In this document: piece by piece, positions 1 through 10,597 of the stretch
How the letters are laid out: every line of letters begins with the position of its first letter
Numbering within the stretch: position 1 is the first letter of the stretch
Assembly (NCBI GenBank): GCA_013287605.1
Contig: JABDDM010000005.1
Span: forward strand, 1 to 63,134
Source: Ignavibacteria bacterium
Lineage (GTDB): Bacteria; Bacteroidota; Ignavibacteria; Palsa-1295
Direction: 5' to 3'
DNA length: 63,134 bases
Notes under the pieces: model-generated
Seen by the model: the letters and a program-made list of their open reading frames with translations, nothing else
Database searches by the model: none
Told to the model about the DNA's origin: nothing
Made by a program: the position numbers and the translations under genes

Positions 1-1
1 C

Positions 2-493
2 AGCGCTGATGAATTAATGCGTCCCACCTATATGATGCGAGACGTCATGTATGATGATGGAACGCGGTTCTCTTTTTTCCGAAGAATTGAAGATCGTGTC
101 AAGCTTGAAACGGGTAAGAGCATTGTGTTCTCAAGAATCCCTCGTTTTGCAAGTTTCTATAAAAGAGCGTCTTACAGCTGGGAGCAGGAGACAAGAATTG
201 CGTTCAACCATCACTACTCTAGTTCGTTTGGCAAGTCGATCTACGGACTAGACTTTTATGAGAACACGTCAATAAACGAATCAGTACATGCACTACGCCT
301 CCCTCTATTCGATAGGTTAGAAGTTTCTGGCGCCTCACAGAGTCCGTGGATGGTGCAGCGTCGAAGCCCCAGTTTTAAGTTGGTCCTCGAAAAGATAATT
401 TTGGGAAAGAAAATGAATGAGAGAGACCGAACTCGCATCCAAGAGTTCGCAATATCACAATTTCCATCGACGTCAATCGAAATTTGTCGCTAG
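2..493 (+). CDS. hypothetical protein, probably 5'-partial at the window edge (weak DUF2971-like pattern)
   Basis: The frame is open from the window edge (no in-frame stop before the first ATG at 17) to the stop at 493. No confident family match. 'SYSWEQETRIAF' only weakly recalls the E-x-E-W-R core of DUF2971 proteins. Confidence 0.35.
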   Translation, partial: SADELMRPTYMMRDVMYDDGTRFSFFRRIEDRVKLETGKSIVFSRIPRFASFYKRASYSWEQETRIAFNHHYSSSFGKSIYGLDFYENTSINESVHALRLPLFDRLEVSGASQSPWMVQRRSPSFKLVLEKIILGKKMNERDRTRIQEFAISQFPSTSIEICR

Positions 494-1039
494 TTTTTTT
501 CCGAGACAACCGAAAGCCGCATTCAAATTTTTTCGGGAGCTGTACAGGGTACCCCGTTCAACTTTTCTTGGGGACGATTTTAGTTACTTCCGCAACTTCG
601 TGATAAGCTGGATAAACGGATCGACTCTCCGATTGTCAGCCGATATTTGGATCACGTGACTCGGACCATGCAAGCTGACCCGCTTCACCTCTCGGTCTAA
701 ACTCTGGTTGAGCGAATACCTAATGTCGCTCGTCTGAATCTGGTTGAACGGCCATCTAAGATAGTGTGCCATACGAAAAGTGCTTGCGAGATTGCGTCGC
801 TGTGAAATTCGAGAAGCGTCTATCGCTCTCACATCAACCTAGCTCACAACAGGTGTGCCAGCTAGTAGAGATGTGGGGAAAAATGGGGATGTACTATTGA
901 GGAAGCTTGCGAGTCAGAAAAGCCACCTAACTCTTTTCCGCAGGAACAGGAACTCTCTCGGGATAGTTTTATGTTTAATATATTGTAGCGCAGAAAGTAT
1001 CTTCCTCCACATGATTGATCCTCGGTTCGGAATCGGAGC

Positions 1040-1197
1040 AAGCAATCAGAGTTTTCACACTCTTTAAGTCACTGATAGAAAATGGGCCAAATCAGCGCGA
1101 ATTGATGAATTAGTTTTCTCCAGGAAGGAGAATTATGAATTTCGGATATACACACGCGGTGAAGTGGTCGGTGGCTAGTGGTCCGTGGTGCGGGAGA
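1040..1197 (+). repeat. degenerate copy of the dispersed intergenic repeat (ATTATGAATAAAGTTTTCAC-type boxes plus GAAGTGGTCGGTG tail)
   Basis: It contains 'gttttcacac' (about 1050), 'attgatgaattagttttc' (1101-1118), and 'gaaggagaattatgaat...cacacgcggtgaagtggtcggtggctagtggtccgtggtg' (1124-1190). These align with 16665-16830. Confidence 0.6.
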
Positions 1198-1402
1198 TGT
1201 CACACGGCTTTGAGTAGCCTGAATTGAACTTCGCAGTCTGCTCAAAAGCGTAGCGTAGCAATTCTTAATCCAGAATTGTCATTAACTGGACAAAACAGGA
1301 ACATTCGGAATCACTTCGTCGTTATCCGCGCGCATTGTATCCGGCTTTTTGGCGGGGATGTGACGTATTTTCTTTCGTAGGCAGGTGTGATAATCGTTCT
1401 GA

Positions 1403-1621
1403 ATGTCGAAACAGGGAGCAATTAAAGTTGATGGCGTAATTGAGGAAGCGCTACCGAACGCGACCTTTTTAGTGAAGTTAGACAATGGTCATCAGATACT
1501 CGCTCATGTTTCGGGAAAGATGCGAATGAATTTTATCAAGATCCTCCACGGAGATCGGGTGACAGTTGAACTCTCTCCCTACGATCTTTCAAAAGGGCGC
1601 ATTACATATCGGTATAAGTGA
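1403..1621 (+). CDS. infA: translation initiation factor IF-1
   Basis: 72 aa. '[67 protein letters not shown]' is a canonical full-length IF-1 S1-fold sequence. Confidence 0.97.
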   Translation: MSKQGAIKVDGVIEEALPNATFLVKLDNGHQILAHVSGKMRMNFIKILHGDRVTVELSPYDLSKGRITYRYK

Positions 1622-1678
1622 TCGACGAGATGAGTGCTCTGCACCCATCTTCTATAAGTTTTTTAGAGAGGTGACGAA

Positions 1679-1795
1679 ATGAAAGTCCAGGCATCAGTAA
1701 AGAAACGCTGTGAGAATTGCAAAGTGGTAACACGTAAGGGCGTCGTTCGCGTTATTTGCAAGACGAACCCGAAGCACAAGCAGCGTCAGGGATAA
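1679..1795 (+). CDS. rpmJ: 50S ribosomal protein L36
   Basis: A 38-aa ORF translated by hand and absent from the ORF track: [38 protein letters not shown]. It has the typical C-x2-C...C...H zinc-ribbon L36 pattern and sits in the conserved position between infA and rpsM. Confidence 0.93.
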   Translation: MKVQASVKKRCENCKVVTRKGVVRVICKTNPKHKQRQG

Positions 1796-1869
1796 GTGAA
1801 TTGAGATAGTGAGCGCATCGCGTTCATCATCTCAAGTTGACAATCAAGTTTTAGCATCAAGTTTACTAC

Positions 1870-2253
1870 ATGGCACGTATCGCGGGTATCGACCTTCCGA
1901 AGAACAAACGTTCTGTCATTGGTCTGACCTACATCTATGGTATCGGCAGGACGACAGCAGAAAAGCTGCTCAAAGCTGCCGGCATCTCTGAAGACAAGAA
2001 GATCGCCGACCTGACGGAAGACGAGATCACGCAGATCCGTACGCTCATCACCAGCGACGTTAAAGTCGAAGGTGTCGCGCGCAGCGAAATGCAGCTCGCC
2101 ATCAAGCGCTTGATGGATATTGGCTCGTATCGCGGACTTCGTCATCGCCGTGGACTTCCCGTCCGCGGACAACGCACGCGTACCAATTCGCGCACGCGCA
2201 AAGGTCGTCGTAAGACCGTTGCCGGCAAGAAGAAGGCAGCAGCCAAGAAGTAA
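1870..2253 (+). CDS. rpsM: 30S ribosomal protein S13
   Basis: 127 aa. '[14 protein letters not shown]...[11 protein letters not shown]...[26 protein letters not shown]' is a canonical S13 sequence. Confidence 0.97.
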   Translation: MARIAGIDLPKNKRSVIGLTYIYGIGRTTAEKLLKAAGISEDKKIADLTEDEITQIRTLITSDVKVEGVARSEMQLAIKRLMDIGSYRGLRHRRGLPVRGQRTRTNSRTRKGRRKTVAGKKKAAAKK

Positions 2254-2314
2254 GAGCGAAGTAAGATTGTTCTAACGGCGGGTTTTTCCCGTCATTAAAG
2301 ATAGCAGAGAAGAC

Positions 2315-2707
2315 GTGGCAAAAGCAGTAGCAGGTCAAAAGAAAAAGAAGAAGGTCGTAGCGGAATCGCATGGCGTTGCACATATCAAGGCAACGTTCAA
2401 CAATGTGATGATCACGCTGACCGACAATGCTGGCAACACCCTTAGCTGGGCAACTGCCGGTAAAATGGGCTTCAAAGGCTCACGTAAGAACACGCCGTTC
2501 GCTGCGCAGGTCTCGGCAGAGAACTGTTCGAAGGAAGCTTTTGACATGGGCCTGCGTAAGGTCGATGTGCTGATCAAGGGACCAGGATCGGGCCGTGAGG
2601 CTGCGGTTCGCGCAATGCAGGTTGCAGGGCTGGAGATTCTCTCGATCCGTGACATTACGCCAATGCCGCACAACGGCTGCCGCCCGCCCAAAAAGCGCCG
2701 CGTCTAA
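2315..2707 (+). CDS. rpsK: 30S ribosomal protein S11
   Basis: 130 aa. '[46 protein letters not shown]...[18 protein letters not shown]' is a canonical S11 sequence. Confidence 0.97.
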   Translation: MAKAVAGQKKKKKVVAESHGVAHIKATFNNVMITLTDNAGNTLSWATAGKMGFKGSRKNTPFAAQVSAENCSKEAFDMGLRKVDVLIKGPGSGREAAVRAMQVAGLEILSIRDITPMPHNGCRPPKKRRV

Positions 2708-2848
2708 AGTACTGTAAAGAATTTGTTCGAGGGAAACCTCGATGTGTTATATCATTAGCTGTAAACTTCACTCGAGCTATGTGTGAAGGAAGAAAGCAAG
2801 ACGGACCAAGGCCACAAGCCCTGATCCTGAATTCACATTAAAGAGAAC

Positions 2849-3481
2849 ATGGCTCGTTATACCGATTCTGTTTGTAAACTTTGCCGTCGCGAAAAGCAAA
2901 AGCTTTTCCTGAAAGGCACCAAGTGTTATTCCGATAAGTGCCCGGTCGAAAAGCGTAATTATCCTCCCGGTCAGCACGGACTCAACCGCCGCCAGAAGGT
3001 ATCTGAATATGGAGTTCAGCTTCGCGAGAAGCAGAAAGTCCGTAGGCAGTACGGCGTACTCGAGACGCAATTCCGCAACACGTTCGAGAAGGCTGCACGC
3101 CTTCGCGGTGTCACAGGTGAGAACCTCGTGAAACTTTTGGAGCGTCGTCTCGATAATGTCGTTTACCGTTTGAACCTTGCACCCAGCCGGAAGGCCGCTC
3201 GTCAGTTGATTCTGCACAGGCATCTTCTGATCAATGGCAAGATCGTCAACGTACCTTCTTTCCTTGTCAGTCCTGGCGACACGATCCAGGTCAAGGAAGC
3301 ATCACGCCGAATGACCATCATCCACGATTCGCTGAAGCGCCCACGTGGCGAAGCAGCAGCACCGCAGTGGCTGACGATGGACAAGTCAAATCTGACTGGT
3401 ACATTCCTCGCGATTCCCGAGCGCTCGGATATTCCGCTCAACGCGAACGAACAGCTCATCGTCGAGCTCTATTCGAAGTAA
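2849..3481 (+). CDS. rpsD: 30S ribosomal protein S4
   Basis: 210 aa. '[36 protein letters not shown]...GQHG' is the zinc-ribbon type S4 N-terminus. An S4 RNA-binding domain follows. Confidence 0.96.
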   Translation: MARYTDSVCKLCRREKQKLFLKGTKCYSDKCPVEKRNYPPGQHGLNRRQKVSEYGVQLREKQKVRRQYGVLETQFRNTFEKAARLRGVTGENLVKLLERRLDNVVYRLNLAPSRKAARQLILHRHLLINGKIVNVPSFLVSPGDTIQVKEASRRMTIIHDSLKRPRGEAAAPQWLTMDKSNLTGTFLAIPERSDIPLNANEQLIVELYSK

Positions 3482-3586
3482 TCGTCGAAGACTGCATACA
3501 CTCTTTCTGCGCTTCATGCGCCTTAAGAGTCGATAGATTCTAAAATGTTTTTGGTATTTCACAATTAGGGAGCTCGAAGAACAAGT

Positions 3587-4579
3587 ATGACTAATCTGCA
3601 CATGCCTGACCGGATTGAGCTGGACGAGTCCAGCAAAACTTCCACGTATGGCCGCTTTATTGCGTCCCCGCTGGAAGAAGGCTACGGCACGACGCTTGGC
3701 AATGCCATGCGACGTGTGTTGCTTAGTTCGATCCCAGGTACTGCATTTACAAGTTTACGAATTGATGGTGTACTCCATGAGTTTTCGACCATCAAGGGCG
3801 TAATCGAGGATGTCGCTGAGATCATCCTGAACCTTAAAGCTGTTCGCCTTCGCGCTGAACAGAAGGTCCCGACTCGCTTACTCGTTGATGTCAAAGGACC
3901 GAAGGATTTTAAGGCTGCCGATCTTCAGGAGTTCACGACCGAACTCGAGATCCTGAATCCTGAGCATCACCTCTTCACACTCTCCAACGATGGACATGTG
4001 CAGATGGAGCTTCGCGTTGGTCATGGCCGCGGTTATGTGCCGAGCGATGAAAACAAGCAGCTCGATTCGCCGCTCAGCACGATGGCGATCGATTCGATCT
4101 ACACACCGATCGTGAACGTCCGTTTTATCGTAGAGCCGACGCGCGTTGGTCAGAAGACCGATTACGAGCGTTTGGTCCTGGAAGTCGAGACCGATGGTTC
4201 GATCACACCAGAAGAAGCTGTGACTGTTGCAGGTCGCATCATGCGTGATCATGTTAATCTCTTCGTTCGCTTTGGCGGACCAGAAGAGGAAGAGCCGGTT
4301 CGTCCGATCGCCGACACTGAGACAGAGCGTATTCGCGCAATGTTGCTTACGCCGGTCGATTCACTCCAGCTTTCGGTTCGCTCGCAAAACTGTTTGCGCG
4401 CTGCGAACATCAAGACGATCGCAGAGCTTGTGCGTCGTGACGAGCGCGAGTTGCTCACGTTCCGTAACTTCGGACGTAAGTCGCTTGACGAACTCGGCAA
4501 GATCGTCGATCAGCTCGGACTTACCTTCGGCATGGACGTCGATAAGTATCTCGAGAATAGCGGCGAACTCGTCCACTAA
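3587..4579 (+). CDS. rpoA: DNA-directed RNA polymerase subunit alpha
   Basis: 330 aa. The N-terminal domain 'GYGTTLGNAMRRVLLSSIPG' and the C-terminal HhH domain 'LSVRSQNCLRAANIKTIAELV...NFGRKSLDEL' are both present. Confidence 0.97.
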   Translation: MTNLHMPDRIELDESSKTSTYGRFIASPLEEGYGTTLGNAMRRVLLSSIPGTAFTSLRIDGVLHEFSTIKGVIEDVAEIILNLKAVRLRAEQKVPTRLLVDVKGPKDFKAADLQEFTTELEILNPEHHLFTLSNDGHVQMELRVGHGRGYVPSDENKQLDSPLSTMAIDSIYTPIVNVRFIVEPTRVGQKTDYERLVLEVETDGSITPEEAVTVAGRIMRDHVNLFVRFGGPEEEEPVRPIADTETERIRAMLLTPVDSLQLSVRSQNCLRAANIKTIAELVRRDERELLTFRNFGRKSLDELGKIVDQLGLTFGMDVDKYLENSGELVH

Positions 4580-4624
4580 GCAACCTTAACGTTAGCACTC
4601 AGTTTTAAGCATTTAGTAAGCACC

Positions 4625-5176
4625 ATGAGACACGGGAATAAAGGCAGAAAGCTCGGACGGACAGCGAGCCATCGTGCAGCAACGCTCAACGCGCTGGCAA
4701 CATCGCTTCTTCAGCATAAGAAGATCCGTACGACCGAAGCAAAGGCGAAGGAGACACGCATCTTCGTAGAGCCGATCATCACGCGCGCCAAGAATGCCAT
4801 CGCGCGTACTGGCGACGCGGCTGTTGTTTCTGCCGGACTCGTTCACGCTCGTCGTGAAGTTGCTCGTCAGATCAAAGATGCTGAAGTGGTGAAGACACTG
4901 TTTTCCGACATTGCTCCAAAGGTTGCCAATCGCGCCGGTGGATACACTCGTGTTGTAAAGCTTGGTCAGCGCCATGGAGATAATGCTTCGATGGCGATCC
5001 TCGAACTCGTCGATTGGAATGAGTCGACCGTAAGTGCCACACCGCAAGCTAAGGCAGCCAAGCCGCGTCCGACCCGTAACAAGGAAAAGACCGCTGAAGC
5101 CAAAGCCGCGAACGCCGAGGCTCCCAAAAAGCCCCGCGCAACACGCAAGAAAAAAGAAGCCGAAGCTTCAGCCTAA
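4625..5176 (+). CDS. rplQ: 50S ribosomal protein L17 with a Lys/Ala/Pro-rich C-terminal extension
   Basis: 'MRHGNKGRKLGRTASHRAATLNALATSLLQHKKIRTTEAKAKE...GGYTRVVKLGQRHGDNA' is L17. The last 50 aa or so (AKAAKPRPTRNKEKTAEAKAANAEAPKKPRATRKKKEAEASA) form a basic low-complexity tail. Confidence 0.95.
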   Translation: MRHGNKGRKLGRTASHRAATLNALATSLLQHKKIRTTEAKAKETRIFVEPIITRAKNAIARTGDAAVVSAGLVHARREVARQIKDAEVVKTLFSDIAPKVANRAGGYTRVVKLGQRHGDNASMAILELVDWNESTVSATPQAKAAKPRPTRNKEKTAEAKAANAEAPKKPRATRKKKEAEASA

Positions 5177-5200
5177 CCGAATTCTTCCACACTCAAAAGA

Positions 5201-5231
5201 ACAGCCCCGGCAATTTGTCGGGGCTGTTTTA
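5201..5231. terminator. hairpin terminator shared by convergent rplQ and pdxT
   Basis: The stem acagccccg (5201-5209) pairs with cggggctgt (5219-5227), followed by a T-run. It lies 25 nt after the rplQ stop and abuts the pdxT stop. Confidence 0.7.
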
Positions 5232-5840
5232 TGTCAAGGTTGTAAGGAGGCCCAGAAAGTACTCATGCACCCGTCGATCAGCCACAACCTCTGGATGAAA
5301 AACTGTCGCGAGAATATTCCTCTCGCGAGCCATGTAGATGCCGTCTTCGCCTCTAGCTAGTATCTTCACGTTGGGTCCTGTTGCGGTGATAATTGGTGCA
5401 CGAATGAAGACAGCAGGGAAAGGCTCATCACCAATTACAGGTATTGCGATCTCGCGCTCAGCGCTCCAGCGTTGGGCTCCGTAGGCGTTGCGCCGAATGG
5501 TGATGTCCATGACTGCAAGTCGTCCTTGCGCCGAGCCTTCGATCTCCTTTGCTAGAAGGATCGAACCCATGCAGGTGCCCCAGACCGGAAGACCCTCACC
5601 GATCTTGCGTTTGATCGCGTCGAAAATTCCTTCTTTTTGATCGAACTCAGTTTCAACTGATTCGAGGATCGCGATAGCGGTCGATTCGCCTCCTGGAAGA
5701 ACTAAGGCATCGATGCTCTCAAGTTGATACGTGCGACGGACCTCAACAGCTTTGCACCCCAACTGCTGAAACTTTCGCGCATGCTCTTTGAAGTCACCCT
5801 GGAGTGCGAGGATGCCAATTGTGGGAGACGCCTTCGTCAA
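5229..5840 (-). CDS. pdxT: pyridoxal 5'-phosphate synthase, glutaminase subunit
   Basis: 203 aa. '[17 protein letters not shown]...[11 protein letters not shown]...[13 protein letters not shown]...RNAYG...ATVFHPE' is the class-I glutamine amidotransferase PdxT pattern. It overlaps pdxS by 4 nt. Confidence 0.93.
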   Translation of the reverse strand: MTKASPTIGILALQGDFKEHARKFQQLGCKAVEVRRTYQLESIDALVLPGGESTAIAILESVETEFDQKEGIFDAIKRKIGEGLPVWGTCMGSILLAKEIEGSAQGRLAVMDITIRRNAYGAQRWSAEREIAIPVIGDEPFPAVFIRAPIITATGPNVKILARGEDGIYMARERNILATVFHPEVVADRRVHEYFLGLLTTLT

Positions 5841-6778
5841 ATTCCTCTGGCAGCTAGCAATTCTGATTGAGCAAGCGACGTCACAGTCCGACCAACCATT
5901 GGTTCGCCGAGACCTCGACTAACCTGCGCGAGAATATCGGGATCATTGAAGTGAGTAGTCGCCTTGACGATCGCTCGAGCGCGCTTTGCTGGATCGCCAG
6001 ATTTAAAAATGCCCGAGCCTACAAACACGCCATCAACCCCAAGCTGCATCAGCAGCGCAGCATCTGCAGGCGTTGCAAGGCCACCGGCTGCGAAGTTGAC
6101 GACCGGCAGACTGGCATGCAAAGCAACATACTGCACAAGCTCGATCGGTGCCGCGATCGTTTTCGCATAGCTATAGAGTTCATCGGTCGACATCGCGGAG
6201 AGTCGGCGAATTTCGCCAAAGATCGAGCGAGCGTGGCGCACAGCCTCAACGACGTCGCCAGTTCCGGCTTCGCCTTTGGTGCGGATCATTGCTGCGCCTT
6301 CAGAGATGCGTCGAAGCGCCTCACCCAGATTACGTGCGCCGCAAACGAACGGAATGTCGAACTTGGTCTTGTCGATGTGATTCTCCTCATCGGCCATTGT
6401 GAGCACTTCGCTCTCGTCGATACAATCAACATTTAGCGCCTGGAGGATCTGTGCTTCGACAAAGTGTCCGATACGCGCCTTCGCCATCACCGGGATGCTC
6501 ACGGCTTCAATGATCTGGATGATCAACTCGGGGTCAGACATACGAGCAACGCCGCCATCCGCGCGGATATCGGCAGGCACGCGCTCGAGCGCCATTACTG
6601 CAACCGCACCGGCATCTTCGGCGATCTTCGCTTGCTCGGCATTGACAACGTCCATGATCACCCCGCCCTTCAACATTTGAGGGAAGGCGCGCTTTACTAG
6701 TTCACTGCCACGCTTTGGCTGTGCACCGTTTATACTGTGATCTTTTGAATGGCCGTTTGACTGTGGATTCTCGCTCAT
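5837..6778 (-). CDS. pdxS: pyridoxal 5'-phosphate synthase, lyase subunit
   Basis: 313 aa. '[49 protein letters not shown]...IDESEVLT...[18 protein letters not shown]' is a canonical PdxS sequence. Confidence 0.96.
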   Translation of the reverse strand: MSENPQSNGHSKDHSINGAQPKRGSELVKRAFPQMLKGGVIMDVVNAEQAKIAEDAGAVAVMALERVPADIRADGGVARMSDPELIIQIIEAVSIPVMAKARIGHFVEAQILQALNVDCIDESEVLTMADEENHIDKTKFDIPFVCGARNLGEALRRISEGAAMIRTKGEAGTGDVVEAVRHARSIFGEIRRLSAMSTDELYSYAKTIAAPIELVQYVALHASLPVVNFAAGGLATPADAALLMQLGVDGVFVGSGIFKSGDPAKRARAIVKATTHFNDPDILAQVSRGLGEPMVGRTVTSLAQSELLAARGI

Positions 6779-6850
6779 GATTGTTTGCTTTTCAAGTGCA
6801 GGAGTCGGAACACCGAAAGAGCGACATAAATTTTCCGGGAGTCAAAATCC

Positions 6851-7828
6851 TCAAACATTCCTATTCGCCACTCCCGCCAGAAACCCCGCAATCATACGAG
6901 CTGCCAATCGGCTGGTCCGACCATCAGCATCGTACTTGGGTGAGACTTCCACAATATCAAAGACCTTAACCGATCGATTGAGACCGGCAGCCACAGAGAG
7001 CTCAAACGCCTCCTCTGCCAAAAAGCCAACCGCCGCAGGCGCACTCACGCCAGGGGCATCCGCAGCTCGGATCGCATCCATATCGAAGGAGAGATAGAGT
7101 GGGGTGGAATCATCACCGAACGTAATACCAAATGCAGATTCTTCGAACGCGGTCGGCAGATGACTCGTCGTCGCGTCTTCGAAAGTTAGCACGCGAACGC
7201 CGTGCTGGATCGCCCACTCGTAATACGCCTCAGCATTCACGAACGGCTGAATACCGATCTCGCAAAAGCGCGAGCCCTGTACGATGCCTTCATCGATCAG
7301 CAACCGAAAGCTGCTTCCAGAATGGTGTTTGCCCTCGATCTTCGGACGAACATCCAGATGAGCATCAACATTGATCAGTCCAAGCCCTTTTGATCCCGAT
7401 GCTTCACTTAGACCCTTCACAAGCGGATAGGTAATGTCATGGCCTCCGCCCAGTGCTACGATGATCTTGCCCATCGTGGAGAGCTCACGGATGTTGCTCC
7501 GTGCCTCATCGTGCATTGCTTCGAGTGTGCCATGTCGAACGTCGCCCAGATCAACAATAGAGATCGATTCGAGATGATGCTTGAAGTTCGGTCCGCCATA
7601 CGTGGTGAGTTTTGCAAGGGCAGCGCGAATCGCCGAAGGTCCTCCCGATGCTCCGATGCGACCGCCGTTTCTTGCGATGCCTTCATCCGTCGGAATACCG
7701 AAGATCACGACATCAGCCGCCTCGAGAGCTTTTAAAGAGTATTGCTTGATCAGTTGCCCAAGTCTTGGGTCCTCTGGAAGGCTTTGAATAGAATATGTTG
7801 CGGCAGAGAGAAGAGTGAAGTCGACCAA
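6851..7828 (-). CDS. arginase-family ureohydrolase (formimidoylglutamase/agmatinase-like)
   Basis: 325 aa. The Mn-binding motifs of the arginase fold are present: 'GGGHDITYP', 'INVDAHLDVR' and 'LSFDMDAI...APGVSAP'. Confidence 0.8.
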   Translation of the reverse strand: MVDFTLLSAATYSIQSLPEDPRLGQLIKQYSLKALEAADVVIFGIPTDEGIARNGGRIGASGGPSAIRAALAKLTTYGGPNFKHHLESISIVDLGDVRHGTLEAMHDEARSNIRELSTMGKIIVALGGGHDITYPLVKGLSEASGSKGLGLINVDAHLDVRPKIEGKHHSGSSFRLLIDEGIVQGSRFCEIGIQPFVNAEAYYEWAIQHGVRVLTFEDATTSHLPTAFEESAFGITFGDDSTPLYLSFDMDAIRAADAPGVSAPAAVGFLAEEAFELSVAAGLNRSVKVFDIVEVSPKYDADGRTSRLAARMIAGFLAGVANRNV

Positions 7829-7831
7829 GTG

Positions 7832-9058
7832 TTATTCGTAACGAAGTGCTTCAATGGGGTTGAGGCGTGCAGCTTTGCGCGCCGGGTAATATCCGAAAAA
7901 TACGCCAACCATTGCCGCCGCGCCAAAAGAGAGCGCTGTCGCCGATGGCGAGATCAGGAGCACCCAGCCATTATTACTCGATATAATCGCACTCGCCAGA
8001 TAGCCGATGCCAACGCCGATGATCCCTCCAAGCAAAGAGAGCGTGACAGCCTCGGTCAGAAATTGCATCATGATGTCGAGCCGCTTTGCGCCGATCGACT
8101 TACGAATGCCGATCTCACGCGTACGCTCTGTCACTGTGACCAGCATAATATTCATGATTCCAATACCGCCAACGAGCAGGGCGATGATCGCGGCATTGCG
8201 CAGAAGGCTCGTCAACGTAGATGCATTTTGATCAGCAGCGGCCGCGAGTTCAACCTGAGAGCGTATCTGAAAATCATTGTCATCGTTCGGCTGGAGCTTG
8301 TGCGTTTGGCGAATCGTGGCTGTGATGTCGGCTTCGGCGGCTACCGTTGCATCCGACGAGACAGTGCTTGCGATGATCATGTTCGCCCATGTAATCCCCT
8401 GGATCTTCTTTTGAACCGTTGTGAACGGCGCAAGAATGATGTCGTCCTGATCCTGACCAAATGCATTCACGCCCTTCGGTGCAAGCACGCCGGTTACCGT
8501 GAAGGGGAGATGCTTGACTCTAATTATCTGCCCCACTGGACTCCCGTTTCCGGGAAATAGGTTATCGACAACCGTCTGGCCAAGCAGGCAAACTTTGTTC
8601 TCCGCTTTCATATCAGCAGCAGTGAAGTTCGCTCCATCGACAACATTCCAATTCCGAATGTCGAGATACTCAGGTGTACAGCCAGTTATCCTTGTCGCCC
8701 AATTCATGTTGCTGGCGACAACCTGCACGCTTGAATTCACGATTGGTGAGACGTGCGTCAGAAGCGAAGATTCTTTCTGAATCGAGAGCGCGTCATCGGC
8801 TGTCAATCGTTGCGAGGTCCCTGCTCCGCCGGATACACCGCCAGTGGTTGCCGCGCCTGGCAGGATCATCAGCACATTCGTACCCATTGCGGCAATCTGA
8901 TCGTTAACAGCTTTCTGAGCACCTTGACCGATAGCCGTCATCGTGATCACCGCACCAACGCCAATTATGATCCCAAGCATCGTAAGCATCGCACGCACTT
9001 TGTTGTGCATGAGCGAGTCGATCGCGATCATCAAACTTGCGCTGAGCTGCGAAAACAT
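7832..9058 (-). CDS. ABC transporter permease, MacB/FtsX family, with no fused ATPase domain
   Basis: 408 aa. The layout is an N-terminal TM helix, a large periplasmic MacB-like core domain, then a C-terminal FtsX 3-TM bundle ('ERTREIGIRKSIGAKRLDIMMQFLTEAV'). It ends 'NPIEALRYE'. Confidence 0.9.
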   Translation of the reverse strand: MFSQLSASLMIAIDSLMHNKVRAMLTMLGIIIGVGAVITMTAIGQGAQKAVNDQIAAMGTNVLMILPGAATTGGVSGGAGTSQRLTADDALSIQKESSLLTHVSPIVNSSVQVVASNMNWATRITGCTPEYLDIRNWNVVDGANFTAADMKAENKVCLLGQTVVDNLFPGNGSPVGQIIRVKHLPFTVTGVLAPKGVNAFGQDQDDIILAPFTTVQKKIQGITWANMIIASTVSSDATVAAEADITATIRQTHKLQPNDDNDFQIRSQVELAAAADQNASTLTSLLRNAAIIALLVGGIGIMNIMLVTVTERTREIGIRKSIGAKRLDIMMQFLTEAVTLSLLGGIIGVGIGYLASAIISSNNGWVLLISPSATALSFGAAAMVGVFFGYYPARKAARLNPIEALRYE

Positions 9059-9079
9059 TATCGTAATGTTAGACGAACG

Positions 9080-10501
9080 TTAGAACCGGCGCGCACCGCC
9101 ACCAGCGCCGCCAAGCGGGCTTGCGCCGGGCTGCTTCGCTGGCGCAGCCGTTCCGGACGATGATCCGTTGTACGCTCCGATCACGACGCTGTCGCCGGGT
9201 GCGATTGGGGGATTGCTCGAAACAATTTCAGTCGTTGAGCCATCTGACAATCCTGTTGTGATTTGCACAGGAGCAATCGGCACTTTCAGATCCTTGCTCT
9301 TGACATAGATCGTCGCTTTCGTCGAAGTTGCGGCGGCTCGTTTCGAAGTGTCTTTCGACCGCCCACCACCGCTTCCACGTTGGCCGCTACTGCCACTCTT
9401 TGTTGTCTGATCACTCGATGCAGTTGTTCCTCCGAGAAGGTCAGGTGGGGGAGTGAATCGAAGCGCAGCGGCCGGGACTTTCAACACACCCTGCTTCGCG
9501 GCAGAGATGATGCCCACTGTCGCCGTCATTCCTGGCAATAGCTTTCCAGTACCGTTGTCGACATTGATGATGACGCTATACGTCACGACATTCTGTTGGG
9601 TGATCGGATTGATCCTGATCTGCATCACGATTCCATGAAACTCCTGCCCAGGGTATGCATCAACAGTAAACTTCACGTCCTGGCCTTCTGAAACCTGGCT
9701 GATATCCGCTTCATCGACGTTCGCCGATACCTGCATTTTGCTGAGGTCTTCTGCGATCGTGAAAATAACAGGCGCATTCAACGACGCAGCGACCGTTTGG
9801 CCTACGTCGACATTTCTTGAGACTACCGTACCATTGATCGGGGAATGGATCGTCGTATAGGAAAGATTGACATTCGCTTTCTCCAGTTCTGCGGTAAACT
9901 GTTTTACGGTAGCTTGAGCCGTTAACAGTTTTGTCTTGGCAACATCATAATCTGCCTGCGCGATCAGTTGACGCTTGAGAAGTTCTGAAGCACGTGCCTC
10001 TTCCTTCGTTGCTTCAGTGAGACTTGCCTGTGCTTGCGCGAGGTTCGCTTTCGCTCCTTCGATCGTCGCTTTGTAAAATGTCGGGTCAAGCTGAGCGAGA
10101 AGCTGTCCTTTCGTCACGACCGAATTAAAGTCCGCATACAGCGTCAAGATCGTACCAGAAACCTGACTGCCTACCTGAACGGTCTTGGTCGCCTGCAGGG
10201 TACCCGTCGAGGTCACAGCTTTCGTGATGTCACCCTTTTCGACCGCAGAATAGCGGATGATATACGTGTTGGCTGTAGCCGGACGGAAAAAGAAGTATGC
10301 GCCGACGATGAGTGCGAGCCCTGCTACTGAAAAGAACACGCGCTGCAACGTACGTTTGCGACTGCGCGCACTGCGTTTCTTCTCGAGGGTTTCGGTAATG
10401 ACAACAGCAGGCGCTGGCTTTGTGCCGGGCGCTGGAGCTGGCTTTGTGCCAGGCGAAACCTGAGGGGTTTCTGTGACGGAACTTCGGCTAAAGGTCGACA
10501 T
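9080..10501 (-). CDS. efflux periplasmic adaptor subunit (MacA/HlyD family)
   Basis: It has a TM anchor, a coiled-coil hairpin ('AKANLAQAQASLTEATKEEARASELLKRQLIAQADYDVAKTKLLTAQ') and beta-barrel domains. I chose the ATG at 10501; the ORF-track start at 10561 is a TTG. A tandem 'GTKPAPAP' repeat sits near the N-terminus, and the C-terminal tail is Gly/Ser-rich. Confidence 0.88.
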   Translation of the reverse strand: MSTFSRSSVTETPQVSPGTKPAPAPGTKPAPAVVITETLEKKRSARSRKRTLQRVFFSVAGLALIVGAYFFFRPATANTYIIRYSAVEKGDITKAVTSTGTLQATKTVQVGSQVSGTILTLYADFNSVVTKGQLLAQLDPTFYKATIEGAKANLAQAQASLTEATKEEARASELLKRQLIAQADYDVAKTKLLTAQATVKQFTAELEKANVNLSYTTIHSPINGTVVSRNVDVGQTVAASLNAPVIFTIAEDLSKMQVSANVDEADISQVSEGQDVKFTVDAYPGQEFHGIVMQIRINPITQQNVVTYSVIINVDNGTGKLLPGMTATVGIISAAKQGVLKVPAAALRFTPPPDLLGGTTASSDQTTKSGSSGQRGSGGGRSKDTSKRAAATSTKATIYVKSKDLKVPIAPVQITTGLSDGSTTEIVSSNPPIAPGDSVVIGAYNGSSSGTAAPAKQPGASPLGGAGGGARRF

Positions 10502-10597
10502 GAAAGGAATAACGAAATTAGAACGATCGTGAATCTTGTGAGCCCCGGGCGGCAATATCAACCTATTGACACAAGATTGGCGTATTGACGAACAAAA

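Noticed and set aside
584-1067. ORFs of 82 aa (minus strand, 584-832) and 70 aa (plus strand, 855-1067) in the gap upstream of infA.
   Set aside because: They have no start-site context, no motifs and an odd composition. I treat them as non-coding or decayed sequence.
7742-8560. A 272-aa plus-strand ORF.
   Set aside because: It lies entirely antisense to the well-supported MacB/FtsX permease gene. Its Arg/Cys/His-rich composition is typical of antisense frames.
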